A stretch of DNA of 64,000 nt from Naegleria gruberi (lineage: Eukaryota). Below, piece by piece: positions 10,554 to 21,799 of the stretch (position 1 is the first letter of the stretch; each line of letters begins with the position of its first letter). Below the pieces are notes generated by a model. The model searched no databases. It had not been told where the DNA came from and saw only the letters and a list, made by a program, of their open reading frames with translations. The stretch is taken from the NCBI GenBank assembly GCA_000004985.1, contig GG738874.1; one strand, written 5' to 3'. The position numbers and the translations under genes were made by a program.

Positions 10554-12062
10554 TTAATAGAGAGGAAAGTTCGTATCTACTTGTTGTCTCCATGAGTTGA
10601 TTCCTCCATCAATATTCTTAACATTGGTAAATCCATTTTGAATGAGAAGTTTAGTTGCTGAGACAGATGCTATTCCTCTACGACACATGACATAAATAGG
10701 GAAATCATTGATTGAGGATGATTTTTTTGAAATTTCATCCTTAATTGCTTGAATGGTTTCTGGTTTCTCCATCTTTTTAAGTGGGAAATTTACAGCATGT
10801 GGAACAGATGCAATATTATATTGAATATTTTCTCTTACATCCAATAGTATGTGATTGCTATTAGAGCTATCTTTCAATATAATTTGTTCAAATTCCTTGG
10901 CTGTTATTCTATTTTCTGATTGTAAGGAATCAGATGGAGTTGAGGCAATCTTATCAGTACATACTAATGATTGACCTTCTGGAATTAAACTGGTAATGAC
11001 TGGATTTTCTCCACAAACCTTACAACCTACTTGTCTTCCTCTAATTTTTGCACATCGGAAAGAGCAAGTCTTGGCATTGAAGAGTAACATTTTTTGTACA
11101 AGTAATTCACAATTATTCTTTACAGATTCCTCATCGTCCATTTCCATAAGCAATTTTTGAGCTTCCAAAGCTTGTAAACATCCAATAATTCCAGGAACAA
11201 TTCCCAAAACACCTCCATCTGAACAGCTCGTTACAGTTGCTGCTGGTGGAGGCTCAGGATAGAGGCATCTATAGCATGGTCCCTTAGTTTCTCCCCTTCT
11301 ATAGTTATATATTGTCAATTGACCCTCAAATTTAACAGCACTTCCACTCACTAATGGTTTTCCAGCTAATACACAAGCATCATTAACTAAATAACGAGTT
11401 GTGACATTATCGCTGCAATCCATAACTACATCATATTGTTTAACTAATTCCAATCCATTCAATTCTGAGAAAGGAGTATTATAACACTCAACTTGGACAT
11501 TGTGATTCATAAGTTGACACGACATTTTGGCTGAAACAGTTTTGAGTAGTCCAGTACGATGTTCATTGTGAATAACTTGTCTATGTAAATTACTACTGTC
11601 AACCACGTCAAAATCAACAAAACCCAATTTACCAACACCTGCAGCAGCAAGATATAAAGCAGCAGGCGAACCCAATCCACCAGCGCCGACAAGTAATATA
11701 CTTCCCTTACAAAGCTTTGATTGTCTCTTAACACCAATTTCTGGTAATAATAAATGTCTACTGAAACGAGCAATTTGGTCATTTGTCAACTCCTTATTCA
11801 TTTCATCATAAATATATGGAAGTGTTTTCTTTAATTCATCACCACCACTATTATTTGCATTACTATCAATACTAGTATTATCAACCAATGACACTTGTTG
11901 ACCATTCGTTTCAATTCCACTCAATTTTTCTTCCAATTTTCTAATATGTTCTCTCAAATGCTCATTCTCCTCAGTGAGTCTTTTAATAATCTCCTCCGAT
12001 GAAGAAGAGGCAGTGGAACAACATTCAAAGCCTTCTTCTGTTGCTGGTTGCTTGTTCAACAT
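10554..12062 (-). CDS. UBA4: adenylyltransferase and sulfurtransferase UBA4/MOCS3 (ThiF/MoeB E1-like domain + C-terminal rhodanese)
   Basis: 502-aa ORF. The ThiF nucleotide-binding motif is LLVGAGGLGSPAALYLAAAGVGKLGFVDFDVVDSSNLHRQ. CxxC pairs are present (CYRC…, CKVCG). The C-terminal rhodanese carries an active-site Cys (PIYVMCRRGIASVSATKLLIQNGFTNVKNIDGGINSW). Confidence 0.85.
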   Translation of the reverse strand: MLNKQPATEEGFECCSTASSSSEEIIKRLTEENEHLREHIRKLEEKLSGIETNGQQVSLVDNTSIDSNANNSGGDELKKTLPYIYDEMNKELTNDQIARFSRHLLLPEIGVKRQSKLCKGSILLVGAGGLGSPAALYLAAAGVGKLGFVDFDVVDSSNLHRQVIHNEHRTGLLKTVSAKMSCQLMNHNVQVECYNTPFSELNGLELVKQYDVVMDCSDNVTTRYLVNDACVLAGKPLVSGSAVKFEGQLTIYNYRRGETKGPCYRCLYPEPPPAATVTSCSDGGVLGIVPGIIGCLQALEAQKLLMEMDDEESVKNNCELLVQKMLLFNAKTCSFRCAKIRGRQVGCKVCGENPVITSLIPEGQSLVCTDKIASTPSDSLQSENRITAKEFEQIILKDSSNSNHILLDVRENIQYNIASVPHAVNFPLKKMEKPETIQAIKDEISKKSSSINDFPIYVMCRRGIASVSATKLLIQNGFTNVKNIDGGINSWRQQVDTNFPLY

Positions 12063-12516
12063 TTTTTTGAGTGCGTTTTAATTAAATTTTAAAAACGAAC
12101 CAAAACAACCCCAATAAAATAATGCTAAGAAATTGAGGAGGAAAAAATAAGCTATTCAATTTCGTTCTATGTTGAACATAATGTTAGATGGGAAATAGGG
12201 AAGTGATATGAATGGTACAATCTTGATGATGATTGTGTTTAAATAGGTGAACAATCTCTGAAAAGTCGCTGATTACAAATTAAACGCTAGACAGTAACTG
12301 ATGAAGCATTGTACAATATCACTCAATTCTTTTTTTCATTCAATCCCATTCATACTCTTTTGATTCTCACTGTTGTAATTATTTATAATTGAGAATCAAA
12401 ATTTCCGTTTCATAGATTTGAGGAAGGCAATATCATCAATTAAATAATACTTCCGATAATTCCTCATCCGATCAAGTCAATGAAACCAATGGTGAAACAA
12501 ATTAAAGAGAAAAAAA

Positions 12517-13592
12517 ATGCAAGTCTTTAAAATTGTTAGACAATGCACGTTGGTGTTTTCCATTTGTCTCTTTTGTGCCATAATGACTGTTGGCTTGGTA
12601 TTATTAACACCATTATCAATGTTCGGATATGGTAATTTTGTGTTTAAAGTTTATTGCTTGTGGGCAGGAAGAGGATATTGGAGTTTTATTTTCTTATTGG
12701 AAAAGCTTGATCAAGTAGAATTGGTTTGGTACGGAGACAAGATTCCAAAATATGAAAATAGTATTTGTATTTCTAATCATGTGGCTGATACTGATTTTAT
12801 TGTTATTCAAACTTTCGGAATGAGAAAAGGTATGCTTGGTCATACTAAGTTTATGATGAAGGAAATTATCAAGTATGTAATTATTGTTGTTACATAGATT
12901 GTTTTAAAGTATTATTATTATAATAATTATCTATTTAATTTTGTAATCAATTCGGATTTTTAACAAATTGACTAATTTATTAATGATGACGATCAATAAT
13001 TTAAAGATATATTCCTGGAGTTGGATGGGGATGTTATTTATTAAATCACATTATGATGGCTAGAAATTGGACAAAGGATAAGGAATCTATTGAGAGGACT
13101 TTCGGAAATATTAAATCAAAGAAGATACCAGTTTGGATTATTTCATTCCTGGAAGGAACAAGATTCACTCCTCAAAAATTGGAAGCTTGTAAAAAGTTCT
13201 GTGAGGAAAAGGGAATTAAACCAACTGAACGTGTTTTGACTCCAAGAGTTAAAGGATTCAAGGCAACTGTTTCCAATTTTGCCAATTCACACATTGAATA
13301 CGTTTATGATTTCACTATTGCCTATGAAGATGGTCCAATCTCTGTCATGCAACTCATGAAAATGCCATTTACTGGTAGAAAGATCCACGTACACGTAAAG
13401 AGAATTCCAATTAAGGATGTTCCATATGAAAGTGATGAAAAAATTGAAAAATGGGTCTATGATCGTTTCTATGAAAAGGATAGATTGTTGAAACAATTTG
13501 CAGAAACCAAATCATTTGGTCCAATTGTTGAAGAACCATACAATTATGAAGATTTCATTACTGAACCAATGAAGAGAATGTCCAAATTGTAA
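12517..13592 (+). CDS. lysophospholipid/1-acyl-sn-glycerol-3-phosphate acyltransferase-family protein (AGPAT/LCLAT-like), 2 exons (12517–12872, 13007–13592)
   Basis: Acyltransferase block I is NHVADTDF (HX4D). Block II, KYIPGVGW, is created by splicing AA|GTATGT…TTAAAG|A (134-nt intron). Block III is FLEGTRF. An N-terminal TM segment is present. The track shows the two exons as separate ORFs. Confidence 0.7.
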
Positions 13593-13613
13593 AATGATTG
13601 TAAAAAATAAATA

Positions 13614-14169
13614 TTATTTAACCTTGAACTCTCTATAATATTTGAAACACATTAAACTGTCCGTCTCGTAATACTTTTTAACTTCAGTAACACCTCTCGA
13701 ATTATCTTTATACCATTCCTCCACTTTTTCCTCAACTTCTGAAGAGGTTGAATCATTATCGAAGGGAGTAGAGAGCCCTTCTCTTTCCAATTGTTTTTGT
13801 TTCTTTCTGATTTTTTTCTTTGATTTGGTTGCACACCACTCTTCAAACTTTTCATTTTGGTGTTTTTGTTTGGCGTTATGTTTAGATTCATGTTTAGCTT
13901 CTTCCAATTCCTTTAAATCTTGAGTTCTATTTGATAATTTAATTTGTAATTCAATTTGAGTATCTGTCATTGTATGTGTTTTCCAATATTTTTGATCTCT
14001 TGCTGGAAATTGAGTTTCCAAGTCGAGTTTATTTTCTTTTCCTGTTTGTCCAAAAATTCCACGAACTTTCTTTCTGTGGGCCTTTCGGGAGTAGGTTCTA
14101 GCTTCTGTCGTGGCAAATTCATCACTCAAGCATTCCATTGCCCCATTTTTATTTTTGCTTCTTGCCATT
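13614..14169 (-). CDS. hypothetical Lys-rich protein (about 185 aa, starts MARSKNKNG)
   Basis: Longest ATG-initiated reading within the 13614..14375 minus-strand ORF. Basic and coiled-coil-like, with no recognisable family. Confidence 0.4.
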
Positions 14170-14491
14170 TTTTTTAAAGATCTAGTGTGTGAAATTGAAG
14201 AATCACAAAAGATTGAAATCAATGAAATTTTTCTTAATCGGATTGTCATGCTTAAGGTTTTAAATGGATAATGGACTTGGAAGTGCCGAATAATCAAATT
14301 ACTAGCGAGGATGCATTTTGAAAGATTTGACATCCATCCGTATTTATCTGTCAAATACATTCGATTAAAAATCATTGTTTTGAAATGCCCTCACTAGTTA
14401 GACCATATCGATTTTGATAGAAATCCTATGCTCAGCAGTGATTCGTTTAAGATTATTTGAAAAGGGCTACAAATATTCTGAATAAATATAA

Positions 14492-15487
14492 CTATTTCCA
14501 TGTTGAAAAGTAATAAGGTAGTGACATGGTAACTTTTTCCATAACATAATATTCATCTACTCCTATACGTGTTGATTGAAAATAGATAAGAGGATCTAAC
14601 AGTTTCAAAAATAAATGCTTATAAATAGACTCTTTTGAATCGATTTTTCTCTCAGTTTCCTTCTCAATTTCATTCCACAATTCTTCCTTTCTCTGGAAAA
14701 TATCCTCAACTATTCCAGTTAAGAATTCAGTATTAATATTTTTCATTTTGAATACATCTTCATTGTAATTCCATTCAAATATATTAGTACCATTAACAGT
14801 AGTAGAAAGTGAACTCTCCACATAATTTCCACTTCTCACTGAAATATTAAATAATTTGGAATTAACATGTATTGGATAACCACAATCCATATAAATAGTA
14901 TAATCAATATTCAAAGTATGTGAACTTGAATTAAAATAACATGAATTATTATAATCCAATCGATGTACTTGAACATCTACCTTCTCCAATTCCAACAATT
15001 TTTTCACATGTTGAGACTTGATAATTAGTCCAGTATCATCCTCAAATTTCTTTACACAAAAATCCTTTGCCAACAAGACAGAAAATTGTTTTTTAAGATT
15101 AATATCTTTCTTGGTGTAATTAGTAATCCAACCAAATCCAGACATTGATCCTCCTTGAATATTGTTGTCCATATAATAACTATCCAATAAACAATCTCTC
15201 AATAATTTACAAAATGGTTTTGATTCAATCTTTCTCTTCTTGGTAGGTTCCTTTTCTTCTTTAGTTTTGTAGCAAATTGAATGTTGGGAAATCTTTTCCT
15301 TCAAATCAATTAATTGTGATGAGGAAAGTGATTTGTAATTTGCATAATAACTTTCAGCAAATCTCTCACAAGTCATTACTTGATGAAATGTTCTACTAAT
15401 AACAAATGGAAAGCAACATTTCCAATCTCGATGATTGAGAAAGAGTAAAACTTCATGTACAATATCTGCTTGATCAAAGACTGACAT
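14492..15487 (-). CDS. hypothetical protein (331 aa), possible F-box-like N-terminus
   Basis: ATG ORF. The N-terminal segment DIVHEVLLFLNHRDW resembles F-box helix 1. The rest is unrecognised. Confidence 0.45.
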   Translation of the reverse strand: MSVFDQADIVHEVLLFLNHRDWKCCFPFVISRTFHQVMTCERFAESYYANYKSLSSSQLIDLKEKISQHSICYKTKEEKEPTKKRKIESKPFCKLLRDCLLDSYYMDNNIQGGSMSGFGWITNYTKKDINLKKQFSVLLAKDFCVKKFEDDTGLIIKSQHVKKLLELEKVDVQVHRLDYNNSCYFNSSSHTLNIDYTIYMDCGYPIHVNSKLFNISVRSGNYVESSLSTTVNGTNIFEWNYNEDVFKMKNINTEFLTGIVEDIFQRKEELWNEIEKETERKIDSKESIYKHLFLKLLDPLIYFQSTRIGVDEYYVMEKVTMSLPYYFSTWK

Positions 15488-15687
15488 TTTTTATTAGGTA
15501 ATTCATTAAATTTTGAAAGTGATAAGATTATTTTCTTTACAATTTAGAGTTTCAAAGAAACATCATCAAGCCTAATTATTCATCAACCCAATATTAATTC
15601 CGCCATAACATTCTGTTGCTTCTTCCCTCCTTGCAGCAAGTCCATTCAATCAAATAAAATTTAATTTTCAAATTGAAAAAATAAAAA

Positions 15688-16044
15688 ATGTTCCGTCTTG
15701 TTGCTAAGCCATCCATCAAGTCTGCTGCTACTCTCTTCGCTAGACCAAGCTTCAATAGATATTACTCTGTTAATGCTGCTGCTCAAGGTTCTTTCCTCTC
15801 AAAGGATGAAGTCACTGAACGTATTATTAATGTCTTGAAGAAGCACGAAAAGGTCGACCCAACCAAGGTTGCCCCATCCTCTCACTTTGTTAATGATTTG
15901 GCTTTGGATTCATTGGACTCAACAGAAGTTGTTATGGAAGTTGAAAATGAATTTGGAATTGAAATCCCTGATGAAGAAGCTTTCAAGTTGCAAAGCGTTG
16001 AAGATTGCATTAAATACATTTCATCCAATCCAATGGCCAAATAA
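15688..16044 (+). CDS. ACP1: mitochondrial acyl carrier protein
   Basis: 118 aa with an N-terminal presequence-like basic/hydroxylated leader. The ACP core is DLALDSLDSTEVVMEVENEFGIEIPDEEA, with the phosphopantetheine Ser in the DSLD motif. Confidence 0.85.
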   Translation: MFRLVAKPSIKSAATLFARPSFNRYYSVNAAAQGSFLSKDEVTERIINVLKKHEKVDPTKVAPSSHFVNDLALDSLDSTEVVMEVENEFGIEIPDEEAFKLQSVEDCIKYISSNPMAK

Positions 16045-16326
16045 ATAATTAAAAACAAATAGTAATATATTCAAAAGAACAAGATGTAAGGTGTAATACT
16101 ATTATTATTGGGAAACAAGTCATCAGAGGACATTTAAACAATAATTTGGAAAATAAAAATCATCAAGCTTGATTTGGTTCATCCTATCCGATTTTACTAG
16201 TAATACTGTAATTATTATGTTTGAAACTGTTTAGTCAATACGTTGATGGTAAATTATCAACTATTATTAAACATTAGAATATCTTCAACACTTATAATTT
16301 AAATTATTTAAATAATAGATGAAAAA

Positions 16327-16999
16327 ATGTCTTTGAATAATTGGAAGCTTTTAGAACAAAGACCAGTAGTTAAAACCAAATGGGTGAGCGTTTATGAGGA
16401 AAAATTGGATACTGGCAATGGAATAATTGATCCATTCTTTGCCATCCATTATCAGAATTGGTGTCTGGTCATTGCCATCACACCCTCTAAAAAAGTTTTA
16501 ATTAATCAACAATATAGAAGAGGATGTGATAGAGTAATAAAGGAATTTCCAACAGGAGCCCGAGAGGAAGGAGAAGATCCTAAACCAACAGCACTCAGAG
16601 AATTATTGGAAGAGGTGAGTTTCGGAATGTAATTGTCAATCTTATATGAAAATAATAATTCGGAATTAGACTGGATATGAATTATTGAACAATGATGAAA
16701 ATGCTGATGTCTTTGAATTATATTCAACACTTCACGAAGATGCCAATAGAAATCCATGTATTTGTAATGCTTACTTGATGATGGTGAAGGAAGAACCAAC
16801 TCACAAACAATCATTGGATCAACATGAACAAATTCTCGTATCCAAAGAAAGCCTTGAACAAGTAAGAAAGTGGTGTTTTGATGGAACCATGCAGAGTGGA
16901 CTTCATATTGCCATGTTTTTCAGAGGAGTCAAATTACTTCACAAATTGGGTCACATTGATGGAGCTGCCTTATTATTCAATGATGATGACCAAGAATAA
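16327..16999 (+). CDS. Nudix hydrolase (ADP-ribose pyrophosphatase-like), 2 exons (16327–16614, 16670–16999)
   Basis: The Nudix box GAREEGEDPKPTALRELLEE|TGY is completed only after removing a 55-nt intron (GAG|GTGAGT…AATTAG|ACTGGATAT). The track shows the two exons as separate ORFs. Confidence 0.7.
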
Positions 17000-17195
17000 T
17001 TGTAGATAAATGTAAATGCCTTAAAGTAGTACCAAGCTGATCATTATATATAATAGTATTAATAATAATAATAGAGAAATTGAACTCGTGAGGTGCCTAA
17101 TGACAAATGATCAGCAGTTTAGTAGTTAACCGTTTCCAAATCTTAAACTTTTATTAATATGGCGCCAAAATAATTACGTTATTCTTTCAAAGAAA

Positions 17196-18275
17196 ATGTC
17201 TCAACGTTTTCCAGTCTATAAACCGCTTGGAGGATCATCACAAAAGAACCTAAGCAATGCTAGTTTTAACTCTGAGAGGAGACCTTCATCAGCTACTTTG
17301 CAAAGACCTACATTAAGGAAATCAAACTCACACAACATGGATGATTCAATAGCAATGATCAGAGGAGGTGGTACGCAATCAAATGTTCCATCTTTTCATT
17401 CATCAACAAATAGACCATCTTCTGCATACGGAAGATATAAGGATGTAGATAATACAACAAATGTACATAATAATAATAATAGAATAGGAGACTATAATCC
17501 AACAACTTCCAAAAGGCCTCAATCATCATACTCTCGAACAACTCCCACTTTTAATAGTAATAATCATAACAACAATTATCAGCAACGAAGTAATTCTAGT
17601 AATGAGTATGTTCCAAAGAATTATCTTAAGAAAAATAGCAGGCAAGATATGTTGGGTTCATTCCCAACCGAGGAGGATATGAAGAAATCAATTACAGGAA
17701 GAAAAAATTCTGTAAAAAGGATCCAGAAATACCAGGAGGAATATCTCCCTCCTCATACATGTAATGTGTTTTATCAGCAAGGAAGACATGCTGTTAAGAA
17801 TACACAATGCAAAAGATGCTCAATGGCATTCAGACAGCAGCAACCAAAAAAACCAACACCTAAACCAAAGAAACCTCAACTAATTGAAAGACCTCCAAGC
17901 CCAGAAGGAATATTTATGGTTAAGGAAAATGTGAATAATGCTCCAATGTACATAGATCCAGCACAAAATCTCAGTGAAACGAAACAATTACTCAAGGATA
18001 ATATCAAACAATTACTTTATCATTATAGAGACGAGAAAGATAAGCTTTATAATCTTTCAAAAGGTGTACAGACAGGTTATCTCGATGAGCCTTACATTGA
18101 TTATTCAGTATCTGTAAAACCAAATCGAGTGAGATCTCAAAAGGAATTTAATGACTATGTCTCTAGAGGAAAGAGAATTGAACTCTTTGATGATGACGAA
18201 TACCTTAGACTAATGAAAGAATATGGAGTTGATTGCGAGCCAAACTGTTTTCAAATAGAGGGAAGACAATGTTAA
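17196..18275 (+). CDS. hypothetical Ser/Asn-rich protein (359 aa)
   Basis: ATG ORF. The N-terminal half is low-complexity and the C-terminal half is more ordered. No family recognised. Confidence 0.4.
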   Translation: MSQRFPVYKPLGGSSQKNLSNASFNSERRPSSATLQRPTLRKSNSHNMDDSIAMIRGGGTQSNVPSFHSSTNRPSSAYGRYKDVDNTTNVHNNNNRIGDYNPTTSKRPQSSYSRTTPTFNSNNHNNNYQQRSNSSNEYVPKNYLKKNSRQDMLGSFPTEEDMKKSITGRKNSVKRIQKYQEEYLPPHTCNVFYQQGRHAVKNTQCKRCSMAFRQQQPKKPTPKPKKPQLIERPPSPEGIFMVKENVNNAPMYIDPAQNLSETKQLLKDNIKQLLYHYRDEKDKLYNLSKGVQTGYLDEPYIDYSVSVKPNRVRSQKEFNDYVSRGKRIELFDDDEYLRLMKEYGVDCEPNCFQIEGRQC

Positions 18276-18490
18276 TTCATTTTCAATACCTCACAATAAT
18301 ACATTAATTTATTTTTAATTCACATTGATAAACTGAATGAAGAATATTCATGTTGTTGTAGTATACGACCAACAATTTTTGGTATCGCCCTGGGCTTTAA
18401 ACGTTGTACAATTTATTTAAACACTTGACTTTCCAATTTCAGTTTTTCATTTTCCGCTATACATTTTAGTTCTGACATTCAAGAAAAAAA

Positions 18491-20134
18491 ATGCCATTAC
18501 CCAACATCCTTCCTACACCAAATACATCGAGAAAACAGTCTGTACACAATAATAACAACCAAGCACAACAACCATCATCCAAGAATGTCAATAACACTAA
18601 TAATACAACCAGTACAACTCCATCCCATATAACCAACACCAACACCACAACCACCACTGCTACTGCTACTGCTACCACTCAACTAACCAATCAACAAACA
18701 ACAAACATGTCAAAATCACCACCTAATGATTCAAGCCTTCATCCTTCATCAGCAACAACGTCACAAAAGAGAGGAAAAGTTTTGGGAATGATATCAATGT
18801 TTGAAAATTTGAATCCTGACAAGACAAGTAAACCAACAACAACAACAAGTGAGAAAATAGCACTTTCGAATGCTCTTCAAGATGAAGAAAAGAAGAAGAG
18901 ATTTAGAGCTAGAAGTAATTCATTTGATTTAAATTCTCCATCGACAGCATCGGTAGTAACAACCAATTCCACAAATATTACCAACACTGCTAATATTTCT
19001 TCTCAAGTTTCGAATAATCAAAAAACTAATCCACCACCTAATATTTTCCATAATATTTCAAAGAATATCTATAATAATATTAATACACAATTAAATACTA
19101 ATAACACTAATAATACCAATGTGAATAATAATACTACTCATCACAATACAGCAGTTAATAATATTAAAGAAAATGAAGAAGAAGAAAAGAGCCGATTGAC
19201 TAGAACACCATCAATGGTTCAAGGATTAAAAGCTAGATTTGAAAAGTTACAATTTAGTGTATTAGAACAACTTAAAAAAGAAGAGGAATGGATGCAAAAG
19301 AAAAAAGAACGTCAATTAACTGCCAGAAGTCATGGTGATAATCATCAAAGTTCACATAGAAGTGATACTTCATCATGTGAATCCGAAACTAATCATAGAA
19401 ATTCTGTAGAATTAAGTTCTCACAATCAAAAACACAATGATTCCATGCTAATGTATGATCATGATATTATTTCAACCGATGATGAATATTCAGAGGAGGA
19501 TGAACAAGAAATTCATCAAATGATGGAAACAGAGAATGACTATCATCAACATCATTCAATGGATGAAAACAAGAGAAGATCACAAGAGGAAAGAATTCAT
19601 CAACATGTTTTTGATACTCTCATGATTTCACCTCCTCCACAAATTGTTGCAGGAATGGCAGCTCAAAGTAGACAATCATTGTTTTATCATGAACTGTATG
19701 GTGAAACAGCTAGTTCTTCAACACCTTCTCCAATGGATGTTACAGATCCTTCAAGTACTTCTTCAATGAATAATGATGATTGGCTTGAATCTCAAATGAA
19801 TAGACATCAAAGATATAACATTTCAGATTTGGATTTATTGACAGCTTATAGACATAAATCTCAATTATATCAAATGCAAAATCCAGCAAATGTAATGATG
19901 AATCCATTCATTCAAGATTCTCAAGTTGTTTTAGGTAGTGATGCTGAAGAGGAGGATTACGCAGAAGATGGTGGTGAATATCTTTCATCTGACAATGATC
20001 AAACAGATATTGACCCAGAACATAGAAGATCAAGTGTAGATATGATTGGTGGAGTTTTGGATCGACAAAGTGAAGAAGAATTCACAAGTTGGGAAAAACA
20101 AATGGAAGAATTTGGAAAAGCTCTCGTCATTTGA
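18491..20134 (+). CDS. hypothetical low-complexity (N/T/S-rich) protein (547 aa) with acidic C-terminus
   Basis: ATG ORF. Poly-Asn/Thr tracts are typical of AT-rich genomes. The antisense ORF 18466..18678 is an artefact of the poly-T/A codons. Confidence 0.4.
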   Translation: MPLPNILPTPNTSRKQSVHNNNNQAQQPSSKNVNNTNNTTSTTPSHITNTNTTTTTATATATTQLTNQQTTNMSKSPPNDSSLHPSSATTSQKRGKVLGMISMFENLNPDKTSKPTTTTSEKIALSNALQDEEKKKRFRARSNSFDLNSPSTASVVTTNSTNITNTANISSQVSNNQKTNPPPNIFHNISKNIYNNINTQLNTNNTNNTNVNNNTTHHNTAVNNIKENEEEEKSRLTRTPSMVQGLKARFEKLQFSVLEQLKKEEEWMQKKKERQLTARSHGDNHQSSHRSDTSSCESETNHRNSVELSSHNQKHNDSMLMYDHDIISTDDEYSEEDEQEIHQMMETENDYHQHHSMDENKRRSQEERIHQHVFDTLMISPPPQIVAGMAAQSRQSLFYHELYGETASSSTPSPMDVTDPSSTSSMNNDDWLESQMNRHQRYNISDLDLLTAYRHKSQLYQMQNPANVMMNPFIQDSQVVLGSDAEEEDYAEDGGEYLSSDNDQTDIDPEHRRSSVDMIGGVLDRQSEEEFTSWEKQMEEFGKALVI

Positions 20135-20781
20135 GGAGATCAACAACCACTTGATGAATCAGCCTCGAGTCAACATATTTTCCAATTTATTCAACAACAA
20201 TCACCAATAATTTTGTAAAGAACATAACACAATTTTGTAAAATAAAGTTTAATCCTATCCAATCTAATGGATACTTGAAATTTTGAACTATTTACAATTC
20301 AGATTACGATTTGTTATGGATTAAAGTTTTTCTGTTGACTTTCCTTCTTAACAACAGAAAAGATAATCTATTGACTCATCATTTGCCATAGACAGAAAAT
20401 ATGTGAAGTCACAACTTTGAAGTTAATATTTCACTTTTCTTAATCTTTTATTGTTCAACCACAAGTTTCTCTTTCTAAATTGATCAAATTCAAAGGTGAT
20501 AAATAGATGGTCATGTTGCTATCTTTTCTAAACAATAACTTACTGAACCAACAATCAATAGATTAGTTGCCTTCACTGTTCATACAGTCAAAGACTGTAG
20601 CGGGATTGTCGCCATATTCCTGGCAGGCTTCCCGTCTAAATTATTAAATGAAAACAAATAATTAAATTATTTATTAAAATAATACTAATTCATTTTCACA
20701 ACATATGACTGTGCAGATTAAGAAGGAGCAAAAAGCCAAATATGGAGTGAGTCTGTTTATGATTATTATTTTGATATAGTG

Positions 20782-20902
20782 AATGGCTACGGCCATATCA
20801 CGATGAATGCACCTCATCCCGTCCGATTTGAGAAGTTAAGCATCGTCGAGCCACATCAGTACTGAGGTTGGAGACAACTTGGGAACCTGTGGTGCTGTAG
20901 TC
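20782..20902 (+). rRNA. 5S ribosomal RNA gene (solitary, not inside an rDNA unit within this window)
   Basis: …GGCTACGGCCATATCACGATGAATGCACCTCATCCCGTCCGATTTGAGAAGTTAAGCATCGTCGAGCC…GGGAACCTGTGGTGCTGTAGTC matches the universal 5S landmarks (GGCCATA, CCCGTCCGAT, AGTTAAGC, GGGAA, GGTGCTGTAG). It is followed immediately by a T5 run. Confidence 0.8.
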
Positions 20903-20907
20903 TTTTT
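20903..20907 (+). terminator. Pol III oligo-T terminator of the 5S gene
   Basis: TTTTT lies directly 3' of the 5S end. Confidence 0.45.
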
Positions 20908-21173
20908 GATTTTGCGCCACTTTTTTTACAAACTTACGTTAGACAGTAGGACATTTCTTCAACTGATTCATGATTCTTTGTCTATGAGGATGAACAACAT
21001 GCTCAATTATTACAAAACATGAACCAAGTTTGTGTCCAGAAACAAAAATCAGTTCATGATAGAATTTCTTTTGCAACTTTCTAAAAATATACATCTCCAT
21101 CAAATAAGAATAAAAAACAAAGCAGCTGAAATCAAGAAAAACAATTCAACAAGTAAAAAAAACAACCAACATA

Positions 21174-21635
21174 ATGCAATTATTTGTCAAGACACTCACT
21201 GGAAAAACAATCACTTTGGAAGTTGAATCAAATGATTCAATTGAAAATGTCAAGTCAAAGATTCAAGAAAAGGAAGGAATTTCACCAGATCAACAAAGAC
21301 TCATCTTTGGTGGAAAACAATTGGAAGATGGAAGAACTATTAATGATTACAACATTCAAAAAGATTCAACTCTTCATTTGGTGTTGAGATTAAGAGGAGG
21401 AATGCAACTCTTTGTAAAAACCTTAACTGGAAAAACAATTACTATTGAAATGGAAGCGAATGATACTATTGAGAATATGAAACAAAAGATATTTGATAAG
21501 GAAGGCATTCCTTCAGATCAACAACGATTGATTTATGCAGGAAAACAATTAGAAGATGGAAGAACAATTAGTGATTACAACCTTCAAAAGGATTCTACTG
21601 TGCATTTGGTGTTGAGATTGAGAGGAGGTGGTTAA
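21174..21635 (+). CDS. di-ubiquitin-like protein: two tandem ubiquitin-fold repeats, divergent from canonical ubiquitin, ending RLRGGG
   Basis: Repeat 1 is [76 protein letters not shown], differing at 11 of 76 positions from invariant eukaryotic ubiquitin. Repeat 2 is [76 protein letters not shown], differing at 15 of 76 positions. There is a single extra C-terminal G. Confidence 0.8.
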   Translation: MQLFVKTLTGKTITLEVESNDSIENVKSKIQEKEGISPDQQRLIFGGKQLEDGRTINDYNIQKDSTLHLVLRLRGGMQLFVKTLTGKTITIEMEANDTIENMKQKIFDKEGIPSDQQRLIYAGKQLEDGRTISDYNLQKDSTVHLVLRLRGGG

Positions 21636-21799
21636 ATAAACATTGTATCATAAATTCTCCCAATTCTCAAATCGGGAGAAGATTCAAGAATTAGTCACTG
21701 GTTGACCGGTGCGAATGAAATTTGGCCTTTGAACTTCGGATACTCGAAAAATCAGATATCTTATTGATATTGTAATCTTCAAAATTTTTGTTAAAAAAA

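Noticed and set aside
13614-14375. Using the full 253-aa track ORF as the gene model
   Set aside because: The upstream extension (MIFNRMYLTDK…) is hydrophobic and AT-codon-rich and precedes a good internal ATG (MARSKNKNG). I trimmed the model to 13614–14169. The internal antisense ORFs 13652..13891 and 13956..14177 were rejected as shadows.
21174-21635. Annotating the tandem Ub-fold gene as the canonical polyubiquitin gene
   Set aside because: Bona fide polyubiquitin repeats are essentially 100% conserved across eukaryotes. Here the repeats differ from ubiquitin at 11 and about 15 residues and from each other, so I call it a ubiquitin-like paralog, not ubiquitin.
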